A DNA stretch of 64,000 bases. Source: Lepidodermella squamata. Lineage: Eukaryota > Animalia > Gastrotricha. The notes beneath the pieces are model-generated. The model saw only the letters and a program-made list of their open reading frames with translations, did not search any database and was not told the DNA's origin. The stretch spans positions 1,984,001 through 2,048,000 of the forward strand of contig JBLDXI010000007.1 of assembly GCA_047495785.1 (NCBI GenBank). The letters are read 5' to 3'. Below, in pieces: positions 57,601-64,000 of the stretch; position 1 is the stretch's first letter; the number at the start of each line of letters is the position of its first letter. The position numbers and the translations under genes were made by a program.

Positions 57601-60600
57601 TTTTTAACAGTAAAAATAAGTTCTATAAAAGGAACTGTCGGTGTTCAGCCAGAAGGGCATGAGAATATAACGAACTATTCCCAAGTACAGGTTTTGCAAC
57701 CGGCGCATTTTCAGTTGGATCGAGATTTGGCATATCAAGAAGGCAAGCCCAGGCTTTAACGCCGTGGTCCACCACCGCCTGGCAGACTGGCGCCAACTAT
57801 CGTCCGTCCTGGCTTCATAATTGCCGTTCGGATAAACAGTTTTTCCGCTGCATCTTACGCCGGGAATTAGACGAAATGGGCATGGCCAGTAGCCACCATG
57901 ACTCTTCTGTTCGAAAATCATATCACGAGCAGGGCTGTCAAAAATCCCAACGTCATGTCGAACTTTGACAATGGCCCCGTTTGCAAGACGGACGCCTACG
58001 TTCCAGAGTCTAGTCATGTCGTGAACGAAAGGTCTCAGTACACAAGAAGGGGTGCGTGATTCCAATCCATGCCATCGCCAGAAATGGTATCGACACCCCA
58101 GGAAACCGGCAAATCGGCAGCCATGTGTTGCGGCCGTAGGGAGTAAACCCGTCAAAAAACCATCGCAGTCGCAGTTCGGTTACAACTCGATTGACCCACA
58201 AAGACCCACAAAGAGAGACTAATCAGTGGTTTTGCAGCTCAATTATTCTACCCGTGGTACCTTCGTGAATAATTTTATGAAATTGTTCATAATGACTAAA
58301 CGCGCATAGGCGCCTATTTTCGAACTTCATAACGTCGAACGCAGTAACAACGCCAGTTTGCTACATCGACATTGCCTCGCGGACGCGCTTGAGAACGCGA
58401 TGGCCGCGCTTGATTGAAGACATGCACGTGGCGAGAGGTCAAGGCCAGCAGCCAAATAGCAGTGGAAAAACACACGAAATTAGTTGAACACACGAAAATA
58501 ATAGTAAGGATAGAAGAGAATTGTTCATTAATTGCGCGACGGCGCTCAGTGAAAACTGGTTCACCCTCGAGCGAAGTGATGATCGCTCGCTTCTCAACCC
58601 GAGTAGTCAAGCATTTACGTTGGAACCGATGTACAGGCAGCAGAATTTCAGGTTTTGTCTTGAAACCCTAAAACGAGTGTGTACTTGTCCTTTAAATTTT
58701 AAATTTTTTCCATATTTCTCTATAAATAATGTTTATTTTTAGGCGATGAAATTTACGGAGGCAAAACTAAAGCAAGTCGAATCGCTGAAAGCGAGTCTCT
58801 GCGCGAATCCGGCAACGAACACTTCCGCAATAAAAACTACAAAGAAGCGATCGAATGCTATCAAAAAGCTATTGTTCTGAACCCTGTCGAGCTGAAAAAT
58901 TACACAAATATCGGAATTGCCTACATCAACCAGGGTCTATTCGAGGAAGCGCTCTGCTATCTAAGCTGCGGTTCTGATATCGACAGGACCGGTTCCGTCA
59001 AGATGAACCTACTCATCATCCGAGCTCATTGCGAACTAGGTCGAGTCGACGAAGCTGTCTTTCAGTTGAAAAATAGCTTGGAAGATATTCCAATGGGTGA
59101 GAGGTCTTTCTATCGCCAAGAGGCTGAAAAATTCATCAAATCAGTTCCAAATGACAAGAAAATAGAAGGTAGTACTGCTGAGTTGGATGAAATCGAAAAG
59201 CGCCTCCTATCTCCCGGCGAAAGGTCGGCCGAAGTTTACCTGGCCCTGATGTCAACCTATCTAACCATGGTGATGGACGAAAAGTTCAACGCCTTTGATC
59301 GTTGGTGCGTATGCCTCGTGAAAATGATGCAGAGAGCACCGTACATCAGCGATTTTCTGCGAGACCCCGAGACTCGAGGCGCTGAAATGACCCCAGGCGC
59401 AGCTCGGTTCATCTCGTCGTATTTCACGCTAGTCGACTCGTTTTTCACTCGTGATGATGGGACTAAGCAATTTCTGGCCGAAGAAGCGCCGCTCGGTAAA
59501 GCTCTATTCAAAATAGCGTATTGCTCGACTAAATTTGAAACATACGAGAAATGCTATCCGAAAATTGGGTTCAGCCTTACTGGTTCTGTTTTTGTCGGAA
59601 GTTTTGTCCCGATTTTGTCCTCCCTCCTAACTGCGAATGCAGTTAGGAATGGATACTTGAAAAATACCCCACCTTTCAACGATTTGTCATTCTACGTCCA
59701 TTTAATGGCAAATTACATCGCGGCGTATGATACTAGAAATTCGCCTGATACCGAAAAATTCAACCGAAATATTACGAGTATACTATGCGAGCCTTGGTTT
59801 CTTGAAAAATTGGAGTCGATGCCACGTGATAAATTGGACCATGCCTTGTCTCTTCTCGCTGCAATCAGCACGATTTTTATGAATTCAAGGCACGAAATGT
59901 TGAGGTCGCAACAGCCTCCGTTTGCTTCGTATCTACCTTTTTGGATCGCAATGTCCGAGCGGCCGAATTTGAGACTGGTTTTAGCGGCTCGTCCTGGTGT
60001 TTGGCATCATGTAGCCGCCAGATTGGCCTACGCCACGACTAATTTTTCGGAATATTCGCCATTCAGCAAGGAACATTTGAAGGAAACGTTAACTCTACTC
60101 GCGAATTTGACGGTGGAACAAATCGATCTTGACGAAATTGTGGCCAATACGGCGTCATTGGAGCGTTTGCGGAGGGGTTTGGCGGCTGTTTTGTGTAACA
60201 AGGATCTGAGATTAAAGTCTAATACTAAAAATGCATTGGTGATTGCCAAAAATCTGAGTGAGATGAATTCGATTTTTCCGAAAATCTTTCTGGCTGTTGA
60301 TGAGCCGATATTGTCGAGAATTTCTACTCTCTGCTTGAACAAGGAGTTCGAAAATGTCGCTTTTCCTTGTTTTGTGGTTTTGACGAATTCGACGTATTCG
60401 AAAAAAATTGTCAAATTTTTGAAGTTAGCGAAATCTGAAGATTTCGTTAAAAATTTATCAGCGCGTTCTATGGAGATGAATACGAGCCTTGATTTCGAAT
60501 CAGTAATAATCGTTTTCAAGAAGTTTATTTCATCGGCTTTGGAGCTTTCTGACGATGAGGCGAAAAATCGAATCAAATCGAATTCTGAGAGTTTCGTGAA

Positions 60601-60820
60601 TCTGGTCGCTCATTTGTTGACGCAATCGGCAATCAAAAGTGATATTCTTTATTCTGCGATGGAAATGTTGACCGAAGCATCTAATATCGATGCTAGCATG
60701 ATCGATAAATGTCGATCGATCGCCAACCATGGCTCTTTCCTCAATTTGGCGAAGGAAATTCGAGCTGATTCTGAAAACGCTGCGAAGACAAATTTGCTCA
60801 ATTTTTGTGCCAATTTTTGA
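54650..60820 (+). CDS. TPR-ARM paralog 10 (744 aa)
   Basis: Exons 54650-54806 and 58743-60820 (3.9-kb phase-1 intron at the same position as in paralog 9). Closest paralog of 9 (SERPNLR..LAARPGVWHHVA.RL). Confidence 0.88.
57040..58465 (-). repeat. Two diverged copies of one unknown sequence (~57040-57340 and ~58245-58465)
   Basis: Shared blocks tacccgtggta..ttcgtgaataatt, cataggcg.ctattttcg, gattgaagaca and gagaggtc.aggccagcagcca.at.gcagt. Confidence 0.7.
57610..58200 (-). mobile_element. CMC-superfamily (EnSpm/Mirage-like) transposase fragment with a frameshift
   Basis: FFDGFTPY...AWIG..HP / LRPFVHDMTRL...G...DSPARD...KSHGGYWPC...YP.....RT...NLYLGIV matches the DG / D.PAR / H.G...C / LYLG motif order. 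Confidence 0.8.
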
Positions 60821-61001
60821 TTGAATAATTGTTGTTAAGGATTTTAATTTGCGTTTCATTGTTGAATATACGATTTGCGATACAGATATCCATAATTCGT
60901 GAAGATGTTATCCAACTCGTGATAATTTGAAAAATAACATTCCTAATACTGAAATTCAATCAACATATTAAAAACGTTCACTCGGGTTACTTTTTAGAGA
61001 A

Positions 61002-62772
61002 ATGGCTGAAATGAATGTTTTCAATACTCTCTTTGGTGAAAGTTTTGTTTACGAGACTGCCGCAAATGGCGAAAATTCAACTGTACCCGTGGATGGGCCT
61101 GAACATTTGAACTTCATATCAACGATTACGTCTTCTTCGGCAGTCAGCGATTTGAATATTCGGATAGGTTTGTAAATATTTCGTTATTTTTTGTAATTTA
61201 AACGGGTTTAATTTTCAAGGTCTTGATTTGGCTGGAGGAAGGTCCAAGTACGAGAGGCAAATTGATGGCGCGAAACTGAGAGAAGAAGGCAATGAGCTAT
61301 TCAAGGCGGAAAAACACGTCGAAGCCATCGAAATTTACAAGAAAGCTCTCGCATCAGATCCTTACGACGTTCGAATCTACAACAACATGGCCATTTGCTA
61401 CATTCATCTCGGCCTGGACGAAGAAGCATTCGCAATCTGCCAACAAGCCCTGGAAGTCGATCTTCAATCGCCGAAGTTACCTTTGCTCCTTGCCCAGGCA
61501 AAATGTAACCTCGGACTCGCCGGCATTGTTCCTCGCGAGTTGGACAACGAAGCCGCTTCAATGCAAGAACGCGATATTTATCGAAAGGAAATCGAGAAAA
61601 TGATTAAGGCGGTTCCGGAATATAACCGGAGAAAATTTGATGAGGCGTTTCTAACTGAAATCGAGCAGCGTTTGTTGAAAGAAGGCGAAAGGTCCGCCGA
61701 GGTTTATTTTTTCCTACTCCATGTCTTTTTCGGTATTACCCTTTATCGATTGAAAAATCACGGGTTTTCTCATTACTTGGAGGTTATATGCAAATGCATG
61801 GGTAATACGCCGTATTTGAAGCAGTTTTTGACCGATCCGAAGGGCCATTTCAAGAAAATGTCCGGGGCCGAAGTACTCCTTGTCACTACCTATTTCCAGC
61901 AATTTCAAATGCCGATCGAGTTCAACAAATCAATTGCTGAGACCTTTGTCGAGCCGGAATTTATTCGAAAAATGATGGTAAATTTAGCGTATGCCGTGAC
62001 TGATAAATCGAATGTTCAAGACCATTTCACGCGGCTGGGCGCTTCGTATGTCGTCGGCGGGTTTTTCGGCCCGTTTGTCAGCATGCTGTCCACCTTAATC
62101 AAGAACGAAAAGGTTCGAGGTGGCTTCATCAAATCGACCGCGCCTTTCAATGAATTTTCATTCTATGTCCATTTGATGGCGATGTATTTCGCGATTTATG
62201 ACACGAAAGAATCGTCGCCTTGTGAAGAATTTACTCATGCTTTTACGCAATTGATGTGTGAACCTTGGTTCATTGAAAAATTCGAAAATTCGGGCCGAAG
62301 CAATATTAATCATGCTTTATCTATGCTATCCTGCATTAGTTCGCTTCTTCTTCAGAGTCGAATTGAGGTGAATCGACTTCAAAAAGCGCCTTATGCGTCT
62401 TTCCACCGAGTTTGGATGAAATTATCTGAAAATTCGAAAATTCGCGTTGAGATGGCTGACCGTCCTGGCGTTTGGCTTCACCTCATTTCTCGCCTTGGTT
62501 ATTCGGCTAAGCACATTTCGCTGTACAACACGGTTTCGCATCATCGCAGCCACCTTGAAGACACTCTGTTGGTTTTGAAAAATATTTCTCAACCGGAAAT
62601 TATTGCTATTGGCGATGCGCCTGGTGCTCGTGACAGCCTTGAAGAATCTCTGACTGTTCTGCTCAATTTCAAATGTGCCAATACGGAAGTGAAAATTTAT
62701 TTTGACAATATTGTTAAACTTGCGACTGAGTTGAAATCTCGTTTATTTGAATCATCAGCTGGTGCTGTTTAA
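61002..62772 (+). CDS. TPR-ARM paralog 11 (572 aa, shorter C-terminus)
   Basis: Exons 61002-61167 and 61220-62772 (52-nt phase-1 intron). LREEGNELF..KHVEAIEIY...YNNMA; GERSAEVY, PFNEFSFY, CEPWF, RPGVW. Confidence 0.87.
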
Positions 62773-62840
62773 ATTTTTTCTGACAATATTTTCCGGCTAT
62801 GATTTATTTTCTATTTTTTTCGATAGATTTTTTATTCGGA

Positions 62841-62997
62841 ATGGATTATTTGGCTACGTTGTACGGACCAGTTTTTGACTATGAGGCTATTGTGAAGGAG
62901 AAAATCGTCCGCCCGCCGGTTGATACCACTGATAATTTGAAGCTGATTTCCAAAGTCGACTGTGCGAATGAAGTCAACGATTTCAACACCCATACAT
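62841..62997 (+). CDS. TPR-ARM paralog 12, first exon only (rest lies beyond the window)
   Basis: MDYLATLYGPVFDYEAI...PPVDTTDNLKLISKV, homologous to exon 1 of paralogs 8-11, ending at the same phase-1 donor T|GTGAGT. Confidence 0.8.
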
Positions 62998-63269
62998 GTG
63001 AGTTGCCATTTTTTATAACTTTTCCGATGTTTTGCGATTCCTCTCTTGATCACTATAAGGTTGTACTCTTTAAATATGAGATTTTAAAATATATCAGAAT
63101 TTTGAACCTGTCTGGCGATTCTCCTGAGCCAAGAGAACTTCCTTTGTTGTGTATCGAGTGCTCGGAAAGTGTCGCACCCAGGGATTAAACCCGGGCTGCC
63201 TTTCTGAGAAGGAACTTCCTCGAGGTCGGGGTAGTTGCGTTGGCTCATTTGTCTATTTCTGGAGCGGTT

Positions 63270-63500
63270 TATTTTTGGGCCATGGAAAATTGTTTTCTTC
63301 CATGTTTTGAACTTGCACGCGTTCTCGACGAATTCGCCTTCAGTCCCTTCTCTCCTGATCCAGTACAGATTTTGACCTGCGGGTCGAACGATAGAATAGG
63401 GTCCGTCGTAACGATCTTCGAACTTTCCAGATAGGCCAGGATTTATCCGACGCCGAGCCATGTCACCGGGTTGGTAACTGATATCACTGGCGCCTACGTC
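63270..63500 (-). mobile_element. Gypsy integrase C-terminal GPY/F-domain fragment
   Basis: YQPGDMARRR...SGKFEDRYDGPYSIV. Confidence 0.8.
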
Positions 63501-64000
63501 CCAAGTGGCTTTTCGCTTTGCCTCGGCCTTAAATTGAAAATTTAATTTGAATTAAATAAAAACTAGTTGAAAGTTACTAGTTAAAAAATCTGCCTTAATT
63601 CCGTAGCTAATGTGTGCGGTCATTTTTGTGAGGATTTTTAATAACAGCACTTTTGAATTTGTAAAGAATGAGCAGTAACACAGCCACTGTTCAGGTGGAG
63701 TGATGTCGGATGAGTTTGCTGGCATGCAAAGAGATCATTTAGTTGGTCGCAGAATAAGGAGGCGTCGTTTGCTCGTTTCCGTGCTGATGTATATTTCGAA
63801 GGAAAACCTCGACCATGAGCTGGATTGACGCTCATCGATGTATCTCAGCAAGTTTTATATTCAATCGAAGATATCTTTTAAATACGAAATTAACGAGGGT
63901 ACTCCGTAAAATGGAATAATCGATTCTACGCCCATCAAATAAGCATCACGTTGATCGTTTGAGCCGTTCATTTTGCTACAACTTGCTTCTACGTATCGGA

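Noticed and set aside
18510-60820. Split ORF-track entries read as pseudogenes or separate genes
   Set aside because: Canonical GT-AG junctions join them in frame into 735-802 aa proteins and restore family motifs across the junctions.

Overview
Compact eukaryotic, probably invertebrate-animal, genomic DNA with GT-AG introns of two sizes (52-59 nt versus 1.6-6.8 kb, plus a few of 100-500 nt). At the left edge a minus-strand CDC16/APC6 gene faces away from an unbroken run of 21 plus-strand genes: 12 divergent TPR + alpha-solenoid (ARM-like) paralogs, 6 intronless aldo-keto reductases, INTS11, a CD225/dispanin-like membrane protein and a degenerate trypsin-like ORF. I reconstructed splice junctions by hand; all spliced models keep frame. 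Stop-to-ATG spacers are mostly 62-260 bp and usually end in an unpaired T-rich/AG acceptor just before the ATG, as expected for SL-trans-spliced operons. I recognised no transposon sequence in the spacers. The large introns of the TPR genes, by contrast, are mosaics of short fragments from unrelated elements (RTE and another LINE, Gypsy gag/integrase, pogo, CMC transposase, virus-like ORFs), and every fragment I could recognise is antisense to the host transcript. The leading hypothesis is an intron-distributed, uni-strand piRNA-cluster-like archive inside a polycistronic, rapidly diversifying TPR-ARM array. All family assignments come from motif recognition by eye; no database search was run.
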